A stretch of DNA of 64,000 nt, taken from the NCBI RefSeq assembly GCF_000143415.4, contig NW_003314268.1, positions 1,472,672-1,536,671 on the forward strand, in the 5' to 3' direction. Source of the DNA: Selaginella moellendorffii (taxonomy: Eukaryota; Plantae; Lycopodiophyta). Both the position numbers and the translations under genes were made by a program. Shown in pieces: positions 1-12,914 of this stretch. The notes beneath the pieces were generated by a model. The model was not told the origin of the DNA. It searched no databases and worked only from the letters and a program-made list of their open reading frames with translations. Each line of letters begins with the position of its first letter. Position 1 is the first letter of the stretch.

Positions 1-39
1 GTTCAGCAAGCGTCCACTCTCTCCTGAACGACATACCAA

Positions 40-250
40 TCCTCAATGGCGGATGTGCCTTCAATAACGTTCAAGAGCATCTTTGATGATGGAGAGACAA
101 TCACTTACCTGTATACCAATGATCAGAGCACTTACAGTAAGCAAGGTGTTCAGAAACTATGAACCTGATAAATCAATTTAGAATTGTTTCTTTGTCAAAT
201 TCTAATTAAGCTTGGACACCCTGAGGCCCGGACCCAGTCAATGCATGCTC
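40..250 (-). repeat. Dispersed repeat (gene-fragment-like), inverted copy at ~17965-18235
   Basis: Reverse complement of 40-190 aligns with 18091-18235 (caattctaaattgatttatcag...ctccatcatcaaagatgctcttga...gccattgagg). Includes a CAG|GTAAG splice-like signal. Confidence 0.75.
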
Positions 251-1519
251 GTCACGTTCACCATACATTCACTGCCCTGACCACGACCAAAATGAGGAGA
301 TAAACTGGATTACTGGATCAGCCAACTACGAGCAGGCACGGATGTTGTGTCATTGTCTCATGCTCAACAAGAAACTCCTACACCTCATCCAATGCCCCTA
401 GGTTCAAAGCAATCGTCTTCGTGAAGATAAAGATGTAAACACAAGCTGAAATATGCCATTACCTCTTGACCAGATTTCTGGTTCTTCAGAAGGGAAGGAA
501 ATTCTTATCATTACAAACCTCCCTTAGAGCTCTTTCTTTAACTGATTTCTAGAATAGCTTCTTTGCTTGTTTATTTGTTGCAACAAAAACAATGATATTC
601 TCTCTTGACTTTAAAGTGAATTTTATTTTTAATAGTTGCCTTTTTCGCCCAAAAATTACAAACAAATTTCAATTACACTAGATTGAAAGTAAATTGTTTT
701 GAAATTCCACTTTATTAAAGTCCATGTATTTGAACACTTCATAGTGACATTGGACCAGTTTTTTCTTGGTCAAAGTACAAGTGATTTGCATGGCTCAATC
801 TTTCTTCCTCTTTTTCGCTTGCTTGTAGAGTGAAGGCTGTAGGATCCAATCTTCATAAACAGGCTACTATTATCATGTAAGCATCATAGCCAGCCTTGAG
901 CTTACTTGCAAGTTTGGATCTTCCAATCTCAACTTGGGCTACTTTTTCATGTTCGTGCTGCCTTTCCAAAGCATTTTTCATCACTACTGCACTATGGCAT
1001 GCATGGAGGGTTGTCATGAATGTGACTTCGGGTATCGAAAGATACTTGTTAGCCAGTCCTTACAGACACTTTTTTTTTATTGCCACGACAGCAGGAAGTC
1101 GGTATTGCTAGACTTATTATTAGTTCCCACTTGAGCTAGTTGAGAAACTGGTCAATGAGCATGCACTTAGATTGGATAAATATAAGGTAGGAACCCTATG
1201 TGTTTCTTGCTAAATATACTCGGCCTGATTTGAGAAACTTGTGTCATTGGCTTGCACTTGCTAATATCAAGAACCCCCGCAATATTGAGATTGATCCCTC
1301 AATATTTGCTAAATGATAGTTTACCGTGTCTGCCAAACACATTTCAATTTGGTCTCAAATGCTATTTATGGAAAGTGTCTAGATTTGGTCATTTAGCATG
1401 TCTATAGAATGTAGAGATTTGCCTAAACACAATGGTGTTCGTCCCATGTCCAAATTCACATTCTAGCACCATTCCATATTTAGTAAGTTTTGAGCTTGTT
1501 ATAAAGACTAACTCCTGAT

Positions 1520-2017
1520 ACTAAGGGAGGCTTGGGGTGAAAGCCCAAAGCGTGTGTTCTTCACGGGGGGGGGGGGGGGGCATGTGGGGGGTTCCAAATG
1601 TATAGTAAGGATAGTGAGTAGGTTGGGCATGGCCAACTAACCTAAGGCATAATTTAGCTCTTGCTTGTGTGCTTGTCCTTATTCTGCATCCGACTTGGGT
1701 CTAAACCCAAGTTCCATTCCATACTAGCAGTACCTATGTCCTGCGTTTAGGCCACTAATATGCCAAAATAGAGCCAAATAGACTCCATTTGGCTCTATTT
1801 AGCATGTTGGTCCTGGCAATAAGATGCTGGTTGCTCTAGGATTGTTCCAAGTTGCTTTGGGCTCTTGTCCTTTTGCTCCTTGGGTTGTATGCTTGAGAGT
1901 TGCTCTGTGGTTCAATTCCATCATTCTTTGGCCCTATGCTTGGGAGTTTGGCATCGTTCCTTCGTTCAGTGGCCCAAAGCCCTAAACCTCGGGTTCCACA
2001 CCACTGTCCTATAGACA
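1520..2017 (+). mobile_element. Degenerate LTR fragment related to LTR families A/B
   Basis: ggggtgaaagcccaaagcgtgtg...G-run...ggttccaaatgtatagtaaggatagtgag is the reverse complement of the core motif in LTRs A and B (ctcactatccctactatacttttggaacccc...ctttgggctttcacccc). Boundaries approximate. Confidence 0.55.
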
Positions 2018-3436
2018 TGTGGCATATGAATAAAAATTTATCAAGAGTGTCTCTCCATGCAAAAAAATCATAACCACTGCAAGAAATAAACTCTTAATCC
2101 AAATTGTATAATGTCTACAACGTGTTTACATTGCATTTGTTTATTGTATATTTGGCATCTAAACTCTAGAATATCAGTCCAAGAGAAAAAGCCACATCTT
2201 TTATCATGTGGATGCAAACAAAAAAAAAACTTATACCCAAAGTTCTTTTCTAAATGTGAGACAAGAATTTACATTTTACTACTACCATATGCACACATTC
2301 TCACTTTGTGGGTTATTGAAGATTGCTTAAGCTTGCATTCACCACCTTGATTTGTAAAATGTAGTTGTGATTATTTGCACTTTGAGGTTTTGATCTCCAA
2401 GCCTCCATTGAGATCTATATCAGCAAAATCTCTAAACAGAGCAAACCATATAAAGTCAATTGTATATATACAAAAATTTAGTATCTTTATTTTGCCTAAG
2501 TCCTTTTTTCCTTACTCACAAACAAGCTTTCATACTCACAAGAAGGCTCTTGTGGAGCCTCTGTCTTGTGGATATTGTCATGTGGCACATCCACCTCCTC
2601 GCTTGTAACCACTATGCAGCAAAGAGCATTCACCTCACTAGTTGGAACAACCTCCTCATCACGTGGATCCATTGGCTTGTTGGCTAGGGGAACCTCAACT
2701 AAAGCCTTATCCTTTACCTTGCATGAAACATCCAATATAGCCTTGTCACATAAAACATACACTTTTGAGCTTGGGCTGTCCACTTCATAAGGAGGCTCAA
2801 AAGCCTCCTCCCCATCACCTCATGCTTATGTGCAGGGTCTCCCTTTATAAGATTATGAGGAGGGTTGTCTAGTACTTTATGCCATGCAATGTAAAATTAT
2901 ATTGCAGGCTGTGCAGCAATAGCCCTTTAAAGAAAAAAAATCCAAAAATAAGCAAAGGATATTTACTAGTATTCAATACAAGACTATATATCATAGATGA
3001 TCATGGCACCATCTATATTGACATAAACTCCATCAAGTGCAGCATTTTGCCTTTGTAGAGCTGCTTCATCTACATTCTTAAGATCCATCACTACTTCTTC
3101 TACAATCTCCATGACAACATGATGCTTTTATGCCACTCCCTCTTCACCTTCCTCCACAACATCATCCACTTGTGCTATTGGCTCTATGACTTGCAATGGA
3201 GAAGGGTTGTGTGGAAACCCCCCCACACACACACCCATTATATCAAGAAAAAAGAGGATGATATGGTCTCTAATCTCAAGCCTACACCTCAACAAATACA
3301 GCTGTCAAGCTACACTTGAGAATTCTTAGTGCCCAATCCAATAGAGCATGAATCTTTCTCCTAGAAAGAAAAAAAACACACAAACACAAAAGCATAAACA
3401 TGCAGAGGTATTTAAACAACAATATAAACATTCTAG

Positions 3437-3615
3437 CTCCAATCTTTAGATCTTCAAAGCCATGTCTCTAGCACCTTGGAACAACTAATCTCTATGCAGT
3501 TTTATGAAGATCAACTGCCCATAGAGACATGTATTGGAGACACTTATGTACTGGAGGCACTCATGTAAACCATCCTGTATAGTGCCCTTGGATGATGGTT
3601 TTCTAGACTCCAGTT
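3437..3615. repeat. Dispersed direct repeat, second copy at ~10748-10990
   Basis: Shared gatcttcaaagccatgtctct...atgtactggaggcactcatgt..catcctgtatagt. Confidence 0.7.
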
Positions 3616-4654
3616 CTACACAATGGGCTTTTAATAAAAGAAAATTCTTTCTTTTCACTAACCAGGTGGATCAGCATTTTTTTTTCTTTGTGTCTTGACT
3701 CAAGGAGGCAATGCACTAGTCAACATTGATACTTTGTTTTTCACATTTCCACTTTCTTTTTGCAATGGACAAGCATTTGCCTTTTGCACAAACAAAATAA
3801 AACAAAAAAACTAAGATTACCATAGCAATGTGAAACATACTTGGCGCTACCAGAATTGGAGCCTTGGATTGCTGCGCCACCATGGTTGCTGGAGAATCCC
3901 CAATAAACCCTAGTATGCATTCCTTTAGCATTCCAATAGTTTAATTGTTAAGAGTGGGATTTGAACTTGCAAACTAATCTGTTTTTTTCTTTTATGACCC
4001 TTTTTAGTTATAAAACTTGAGTTCATACATATTGTTTTCTCATAAACTCAATCCTCAAACATTCTCCAAAAACTGGATTGCATCATTTATAGCTCGTTAA
4101 TTGATGTCACAATCACACTCCATATCGATAAGAGATGGCAAAACACCAAGAATAAAACAAGTTGTATAATCACGTCCCATAGAAGTTGGAGACGGCAACA
4201 CACCAAGGATGGGTGCAACATTAATATGATCACACCCCATACCACCAATTCAGTAGCATTAGCAGTTTCAAGTGATATACTCCTTGATCAATGACAACAT
4301 GATATGGTAGAAGAAGAGAATACAATGAAGATCAAAAGAAAGAGTAAATTTAAACACAGTGATAGCTAGAATTCTAGATCTTGAAAAAGCTAATACAAAT
4401 ATAGATCTAAAAGAGAATGAAGAAATAATAACAAAAAGCACAATCCCAAAAACTAGAATAAAGCACTACCAAAAACTTTGCTCTTCAAGGATAAATTGCA
4501 ATACCACTAATATAAATGCTAAAGATATAAGAATAAGTATATTAGTTAGGGTTTATACCCCTGCTTATAGAATGGACTAGATTCAATTCTAAATTGATGG
4601 TCCATATGCTATAGTACTATAATTAATATATTACCTAGTTCTTGGTTCCTCTTC

Positions 4655-5256
4655 AAAAAAACCCTATGATGCAGGATCCAAACTCATCACCATCAATTCA
4701 TCTTGTCTTGATCTTTTAAACTTGTAGATCACCCGAGAGTAGAATGTTAGTGCATGAACACTCGAAACTGAGACATCTTCTCGAGTTTCCTGGCACAGGC
4801 ATCTGTCGACTATGATTGTAATCTCTAGCTTGCATAGAACACACACCTCCTCTTAGCGATATGAAGCTTCGACAATGTTCTTGGACTGCCCCGAGGCACT
4901 GGTTTCGGTCAGCTTGTCGTCCATAAACTTGATATCAATACTTGCAGTGATCCATTCTTGAAGTTGTTTGGCCATTGTCATCTCATCCTGCTAGAAAACT
5001 CGTGAGATTCCAAAACTAGACAAATAATTCTCCAACCACAGCCAACAAAATGTGAGATCAGTAAACAAAGAAATGAACCAGAGCAGAACTAAGAAAAAGC
5101 CTCTCACCTTTGAGCTCGACCAAAGCTCTGTAAAGTGTTCTGTACAGTGTATTAGAGAACATAGTACTCCGCCTCTAGATAAACTGGTGGAGGAACAAAG
5201 AATTCTAGCAGCTGGGACGAAATCCAGAAAAAGCGCGAGCTCCTATGACGATCACC
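4655..5256 (-). pseudogene. Possible spliced pseudogene fragment of unknown family
   Basis: Exon-like segments with AG/GT boundaries (about 5255-5108 and 4990-4664) and an in-frame stop. No recognisable motif. Confidence 0.25.
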
Positions 5257-5562
5257 TGCATGTAATTATCAAGCTCACTTTCCCATGTCCAAAAAAGTTT
5301 AAATGCACACACACACAAAGAGATAAAACCGAAGTTCCATGAAAAAATCACATACACTTTTGGAGAAATTAAAAAAACACCAAAAAACCTTTTCTCGGAA
5401 AGACTATTTTAGAAAAGAATATCTGTGTGTCGACCAACGCTATCTATGATCTGACTGGGACCTCTGCATCCCAGCGAATACTGACTTGGAGTGACCATGT
5501 AGAACTCAACACTGTCAGCTCCAAACTTGTGCATCACTTTGAGTTGGACAAGATGGAAAACC

Positions 5563-8500
5563 TGTAAAACTGCCACCACCTTTCATTCTGTGTATATCTA
5601 TGGGATTCTCTAGTGCATCATATCTGGAATTCTTCACCTTTGCCAGGTTGAGTGACACGAACCACAGGAATATTCCATGGCCTATGGGATTTAAAGTTGT
5701 AACACCTTAAGGGTTGGGAGGTTGGCCTAGGGTTTGCTCTCCTGTTCATTTCATTGGTATTGGAGTAGTATGTTCTTTTGGGGATGGCAAGTGAGCAAGA
5801 TATTGATCCTGATGAGGAGTATGGCGTTAGTGATGATGGCCATGATGATGCGGAAGTGACTCTTGATGATGTTGTTGTGTAGCAAGGATGCCAAATTTCT
5901 GCAGTTCAGAGTAACATAAAGGAGGTTAAGGATTCTGTCAATCTCATTAAGGATTTCTTGCTTCACATGAACCCTCAAGGGTTGAATCAATCTCATATCT
6001 GTGATTACTATTGATACGTCAAGCATGCCAAGGATTATGGTATCGTGGAATGGAAATCATCACTGAATGTTTGTGATAGTCAAGAGGTTGATTCTTGGTT
6101 GGGATTGTGGGAAAGTTGTTGGTCTCACAATCCTTGTGAGGATAAGGTGAAGATAGATTTTTTTGTGACAAAGCTTACAGATCATGCTTTTTCGTGGTGG
6201 AAGAATTACATCAAAGCTAATCCAAAGTTGACTTCTTAGATTGATTTGACGAAGGTTTTCCATGCTTTTTTTGTTAAGAAGTTTGAAGAGGTTGATCTCA
6301 TGAACCAACTGTTAGAGATCCGGTAGGGGACTTTGTTTTTGGATGCGTATGCCAGTAAGTTCTGTGATCTTTGCCTTAGTCCCACGGGCACCTATAATGA
6401 GCTGCTAAAGGTGCAATACTTCATCAAAGGATTGAGTTTAATGGATATATAATAGAAGGTCAAAAAGGATTTTCCAACAACATTAACTGATGCTATCACT
6501 AAGGCTCAGATCTTTTTGCCCAAACCGTTGGTCAACTCTGTCAACTATGGTAAATGGGATGGTCTCCGGGTGGTCAACGTGATGACAAACCCACCAATAC
6601 TTCATCTTTGGGGAAGAAACAAGTGTTATTTCATCGTGGCTCAAAGAGTGAAGATGGTACTGAGGCTAAAAGACATCATTTGGACCAGCAAGAGAAGGAC
6701 AAGGTAGAAGGCAATTATTTTAGTTGTCATAAGGCTAGATATCATGGCAAGGATTGTCCTTTTGTGAAAGAATCAAAGAATGCTAAGGTGAATATGGTAG
6801 AATCCATTGTGGATACAGCTCAAGCATCTACTGTAGTGGCTCTTCCACACCCTGTGGCAAAAGTTCACGAATCTAAGTCTTGAGTTTGTATCAACTTTAT
6901 AGAGATTAATAGTTCTATGCGTAATCAATTTATGAAGGCCAAGGGGGACATTCAAGGTAATGCTGTCAATATTCTTTTTGATCCAGGTGCTACTCACAAC
7001 TTTTTGAGCTCCAAGGTGGTGAAGAGCTTTGGTTTGCTTGTGGAAAAGAGTTTAGTAATCTACGAGGTGGTTATGGCAGATGGACATAACACTCGTGTTT
7101 ACAATGAATGGGCTCCAAGTGTTCTTTTGACGATTCAGGGGATTCTCGACCATCCTTCATTCCAGGTTATGGATCTTGGTCGCATAGACGTTATTCTTGG
7201 GAAGGAATGGTTTTATAACAGGAAGCCAGGGATTGATTGGGAGCATAATATTTTGCGTATCGAAGTTGGTGGCACTATGAAAGAGATTGTCGGGATAGAC
7301 AATAGTGATACTCCATTGATTAACGCTTTGGAGTTGGTGACATGCATGCATGAGATGGCTAGTTCTTTTGTGATATACCCATTTCTTTCTAATATGATCA
7401 TGTTTGATTTGGAGTACATTTGTGGGCATGGGGCTCAAGTGGATTCCATTCAGGAGAAGTTTCGTGACGTATTTCCAGATGAGTTACCTTTGCCTCCCGA
7501 ACGTGGAATTCAGCATGAGATTGACTTAGTTCCTAAAGCTATTCCTTATCAGCGATAACTGACTCATATTAGTCCCACTGAAGATGAGGAGATTAATAGG
7601 TAGCTTGCTGAATACCTTCGGAAAAGATGATTATGGATCAACAAGTCTCCTTGGGCTGCTCCAGAATGGTCAAAAAGAAAGATGGTATATGATGTCTCTA
7701 CGTGAACTATAAGGGATTGAATGATAGGATAGTGAAGAATATGTTCCCAATCCCTCGTATTGATGATTTGCTTGATCGTCTTCGTAGTGCTCGATATTTT
7801 TTGAAGATTGATTTGAGGGAAGGGTATCATCAGATTTGTGTCAAGCCAGAGGATGTTTCGAAAACTGCATTTCGGACAAGGACAGGTCACTACAAGTTTT
7901 TGGTGATGCCGTTTGGTTTGACAAATGTTCCTGCAACTTTTTAGAGATTGATGAATTAAGTTTGCAATTGATTATTTTGATGATATCCTGGTATTCAGCT
8001 CTTCTGTGGAGGAACATGAGATGCATGTGCGAAGTGTTTTACAATTTTTGAGGGACAATAAGCTCTACTTGAAGTTATCAAAGTGCGAGTTTTTTTTAGA
8101 GGAGATTGGATATTTCGGGCATTTGATTTCATAACATGAAGTGAGAGCTGATCCTGCAAAGATTCAGGTCGTGGTTGATTGGCCTATACCTTCGACAGTG
8201 CATGATCTCCGTAATTTCCTTGGTATAGCTAGAGTTTTTCAACAATTTATGAAGGACTTTTCAGGGATAGCAGCCCCTTTGACTGATCTTCTCCAGAACA
8301 CGTCAAAACATGCTACTATTCATGGTTGGGATGAGAAGTGTGAAGTGGCATTTCAATGTTTGAAGTAGTGTTGTATCTCTGCTCCAGTGTTGAAGATTTT
8401 TTATCCTAAAAAGCCTCTTGTGGTCAAGACAGATGCAAGTGACATTGTTATTAGAGCCATATTGCTTCAAGTTGGGCATCCTCTTGCGTACATGAGCTAT

Positions 8501-10591
8501 AAGTTTGATGCCACATAGTGGAATTGGCATACTTGAGACAAGGAGTTGTATTCTGTGATTGCTGTTGTGAAGGAATGGTGACATTATCTGTATAGATCAG
8601 ACTTCCATGTGGATTCAGACAATCAATCTCTCCAATATTTCCAAAAGGATCTTTGAGGCTGTTTTGCTCGTTGGCAAGAGTTCCTGTAGGAAATGTTTGT
8701 TAAAATCCAGTACAAGCATGGAGGTGATAATAATGTGGTTGATGCATTATTCATGATGGTAACTTCTATCTCGTTCGTGAAGCTATCCAGCGATCTCTTG
8801 GATAAGCTTAAGGAGTTTGTTGACTTCGACTCCTTTATCACTGATATTCGCATAAAGGTTTTATTGAGGGACATCTTTACAGATTTGAAGGGTAACAAGT
8901 TTGCATCATTCGAAATATGAGATGGAATCTTGGTGAAGAAGGGACATGTAATGGTTCCTTGTGTTGACAAACTCATCAAATGGATTTTCATGATGTGCCA
9001 AGTGCTAGATATCCGGGGGTATTGAGAACGTATATGTTGGTGAAGAGGCATTTCTTTTGGCCTGGGATGAAGTTAAATGTTGGAAAGTATGTACATGGTT
9101 GTTTAACCTACCAAGTGGTTAAAGTTGATCATCAGAAGCTTGTTGGCATCTATCATCCTTTACGTGTACTCAAGAATAAGTGGGATAGCATCTCAATGGA
9201 CTTTATCACTAGTTTGCCCAAAACGTTTAGAGGAAATTATATTATTTGGGTTGTTATGGATTGGTTGACGAAGATGGCTCACTTCTTCCCTGTGAAGATG
9301 ACGATAAAAGCTTCTGAACTTGCTTAGTTGTTTGTAGATTGGTTATTCAATCTCTATGGTTTACTAGGTGACATTGTGAGTGATCGGGATCCCAAGTTCA
9401 CCCATCAGATTGTGGATGCTCACCACTACTCATGCTCAGCTTAGTCTCTAGCTTCTTAAAGATCGTTTGCCAAAACTTGGACATAGACAGAGCGTATGAA
9501 TCAACTATTAGAAGATATGCTAAGGTCTTTTGTGAGAAACTTGACTCGACAGGGAGTATGGGAGAAGTACTTGCCTTTGCTTTAGTTTGCTCACAATAGC
9601 GCTTATCAATTAGCTATTGGCATGTCTCCCTTTATGGTGATGTATGGCTATGAGCCTAGATCTTATGTGAGTTTGAATTTGGCTTTGGTTCAGGTACCTC
9701 ATGCTTGTCATTTCCTGGAGGATATACAAGACAAACTTGAGTTAGCAAAGTTGAACATAAGGTAAGCTCAAGAGCAAGACAAAAGATTGGCTAATGAGCA
9801 TTATCGTCATCAAGAGTACAAATCTGGTAACAAAGTTTTCCTTAAGTTGTTAGATGCACAACGGTCTCTGAAAAAAAGTGGCAGTGCTAAGTCGTTTCCA
9901 CGATATTGTGGGCCTTGGACAATTTTACAATGTGTGGGGGATCTTGCATACACTTTGGACTTGTCAACTAGTTTGAAGATTTATCCAACATTCCATGTGA
10001 GCAAGCTTGAAGCGTGTTTACACTCTGGTGATGTAATGGATTAGTCCATCATCCAGGTCCTAAAGATTGATGCAAAGAAAGCTGGTCCGGCCAATATTCT
10101 TGCTCAAAGATTGTTGAAAACATGCCGGAAGACAATTAGAGAGTTGCTAGTTCAGTGGAATGGTTATTCCATGGATGAAGTTACATGGGAAATTAAAAAT
10201 GACATGAAGAGAGTGTTTCTGAGTTTTGGTTATGAATTAGATGACATTCCTGAGGAAGGGGAGAATTGAGTTTTATAGCCGTATTGCTATATGATTTGAG
10301 CTATTTAACTATTCTCATTCTCTTGTTTCCATAACCGTATTATCATGTAAGAAAGCTGTATTGCTTTCTTTCTTTTGTGACCGTTTGTCACGACATTGGT
10401 GTTGCCATTTGCACATCTTTTCTCTATGGCCGTATTGCATTAGACTCCTTTCATGTAAGGCTTGTTTAGCTTCTCGAGGCTTCCATATATGGTTGGGTCA
10501 TGAGGTGAACCACAAGAATATTCCAAGAATATTCAATGGCCTGTCCATAACACGGGAGGTTGGCCTGGGGTTCGCTCTCTTGTTTGTTTCA
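5563..10591 (+). mobile_element. Degenerate Ty3/gypsy LTR retrotransposon with chromodomain
   Basis: Left LTR ends TTTCA at 5753, followed by a tRNA-Met-like PBS (tggtattggag). PPT gaggaaggggagaa precedes TG at 10267 and the right LTR ends at 10591. The LTRs match only in their 3' part (gggaggttggcct.gggtt.gctctc) and no TSD was found. Confidence 0.8.
6045..10240 (+). pseudogene. Disrupted gag-pol of the above element
   Basis: gag (AFSWWKNY), Zn knuckle (CHKARYHGKDCP), protease (ILFDPGATHNF), RT ([29 protein letters not shown]), RNase H, integrase (SISMDFITSLP, TKMAHF), chromodomain-like LVQWNGYSMDEVTWE. Many stops. Confidence 0.9.
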
Positions 10592-11815
10592 TTGAGCAAG
10601 GCATGGTATCTAGACGACTTGAAAGTGGATCAAATGCCGGACACAACCTTTCTTCATAAGCTGAGCCACCCTTGCCTGCAAACACCTCATGAATCTTGAT
10701 CTTCCAATGACGGTCCTATGTCGACTACCTGAAATGCTCTCTCACCACTCCAGTCTTCAGATCTTCAAAGCCATGTCTCTGGCATGTAACAAAACCTTGG
10801 AGAAACTGATGCCCATGCAGTTTCGTGAAGATCAGCCACCTCTGGCCGTCTTGTAACCAGAGACACGTACTAGAGACACTGATGTACTGGAGGCACTCAT
10901 GTGAAACATCCTGTATAGTAGCTCCTCAGTATCACGTCTCCCACCCTATTGGTGATGGACTCCAAGGTTCCAGTGATGGAAAACTTCTCTTGGATTGCCT
11001 CCCTAGTGCCAGTACCTGTGTCTTGAGGCCTCCAGATCTTTGTCCGGGAGGACTTCTTTCTGGAGAGGGCTCAGCTCATTGCTCAACCACACAGGGAGAT
11101 AGAAAGTCCTGTATTTTGTGTCCTTTTGGTTAGTCTTTGTAGTTTTCTCTCGTTGGGCTGCTTACCAAGAGTGCCTTGCTGATGAAAAGAGGGACGTTTT
11201 TCAGCTCCACGTCCGCCAAGAAACATATATCCGGATCTACCTCAAGTTCCACTTCCATATACGTCCTGATAGTCTTGCAAGACTCTGTAGCTTCCATTAC
11301 CATCCGACAGGAAGTAATAGAGACATCCCCCTCTGGTCAGCAGCAGTACCTTCTGCTTTTCCTTGAGCAGCAGCGCCAGAACGTAGAGGAGGAAACCAGG
11401 TTCCCGAGCACCAAAGCAGCCTGTCTTCCCTCACACCGGAAAAGGCTCCACCTTGAGCTTCCACATGTCCCTGAAGCATTCTTGCTCGATGATCTTTGAG
11501 TCTTCCGAATCCTGAATGGACTCAATAGTTGGATTGTCATCCAAGGCAAGCATCTGTAGTACCTTGGAGTCCCATGCGTTCAACAAGATGATCCATTTCT
11601 TTCCGCGGAATTGGAGATCAAACTCTGGGGGCAGGAGACAACCACAATTCCTAACATGAAAACTGAAGGAAAAGTTTTCATATTCAAATATTCTCAAATA
11701 TATGGTTGAATTATTTTTATTCGCAAAATAAATATAAAAATAAATGAAAATTTATAAAGTAATAGCTCTTGTAATTTTTAAACAGGAATAACAAAACATT
11801 TTAATTTTGTTAAGT

Positions 11816-12718
11816 TTAGAACACTCTTTTAATCTGCTCTATGAATTCCTTAGCAATGAGAGTGTATGTGTGCTCTGTGGGATGTATCATATCCCAAAAG
11901 ACATAATCACTTGGATTCTTGCACAGACCGCTCAATGTATTTTTATGTGTGAATCCAAATTGGATTGGGTTCTCCACAAAAGATTTAATTGGTGAGTAGC
12001 CATCTACGAATGCACTTCTCATCCCTGGTAATCTTTCTGCTGCCCTTAGAACAATCCCCCGAGCCTGTGTGTTGAATTGCCTTACCAAATTATTGATTTC
12101 ACTCACGCAATTTCCTCCTGAAGTAACAATAGGTGAGCATCCTAGCGGCCCAACACTTGAATTGATGATCTTCCTAAAACCATATTCGTGAAGTTGTTGC
12201 AAACCTTTCTCTAATGACTCCAAGTCCACATCCATAATGTTTTGAAGATTTGCTGCGATATCATTTCCACCAGAAGAGATCACAACAACAAAGTCATTGA
12301 GATTCTTCTTCATGGAGAATTCCCTGAGTTGTTTTAGCTGCTCACTAAATGGAACGACACCCCAGTCCGAATGAATCGAGTCGAGTAATCCACTACCATC
12401 AGATGCAAAGTTGATACTAGGAAAAACTTGGTCCTCAGCTTTCAAACCCAGGAATGGCCTGGAAAAGGGCAAACCCAGGGCCTTGTTTATCAGATCTGGG
12501 ATGATGAATCCATCACTGCACCTCCCAAATGGTTTGGCATACCGTGTTTCCCCATACGGAACAAAGTCACAATGCGAAACTGAGTTTTTCACGTATTTGT
12601 TAGTTCCTACATCGAAGATTGAATCTCCCATATAGATGGTCCTAAGCTGAGGAATTGACCTCCCAAACACGCACGCGCAGAGAGCCAAGATCACAAGCAC
12701 GAACACTAAAATCCTCAT
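11816..12718 (-). CDS. Secreted GDSL (SGNH) esterase/lipase, intronless
   Basis: 300-aa ORF with hydrophobic signal peptide, block I GDSIFDVG, GRCSDG, INFAS, GGNDI, block V DMIHPTE. TATA-like element at about 12760-12767. Confidence 0.92.
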   Translation of the reverse strand: MRILVFVLVILALCACVFGRSIPQLRTIYMGDSIFDVGTNKYVKNSVSHCDFVPYGETRYAKPFGRCSDGFIIPDLINKALGLPFSRPFLGLKAEDQVFPSINFASDGSGLLDSIHSDWGVVPFSEQLKQLREFSMKKNLNDFVVVISSGGNDIAANLQNIMDVDLESLEKGLQQLHEYGFRKIINSSVGPLGCSPIVTSGGNCVSEINNLVRQFNTQARGIVLRAAERLPGMRSAFVDGYSPIKSFVENPIQFGFTHKNTLSGLCKNPSDYVFWDMIHPTEHTYTLIAKEFIEQIKRVF

Positions 12719-12914
12719 CTCGCCAAAAACCTTTGTGGCAAGACCTATGCATAAGCTTGTTTATATAGAAGAGGGGAAAGGAAAAGGTTACTGCTAACTA
12801 AACTCGAAAACCTAAATTTTAAATGGTAAAGGTTCTATCTTTTTCTTTTTTATCTTCCAGAAGGATGTTAATGATGATCATTTGAACTCCACAAAGGTTC
12901 ATTCTTAGGAATTG

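Noticed and set aside
2496-2783. 95-aa minus-strand ORF
   Set aside because: No recognisable domain, and it lies in degraded repeat-like sequence.
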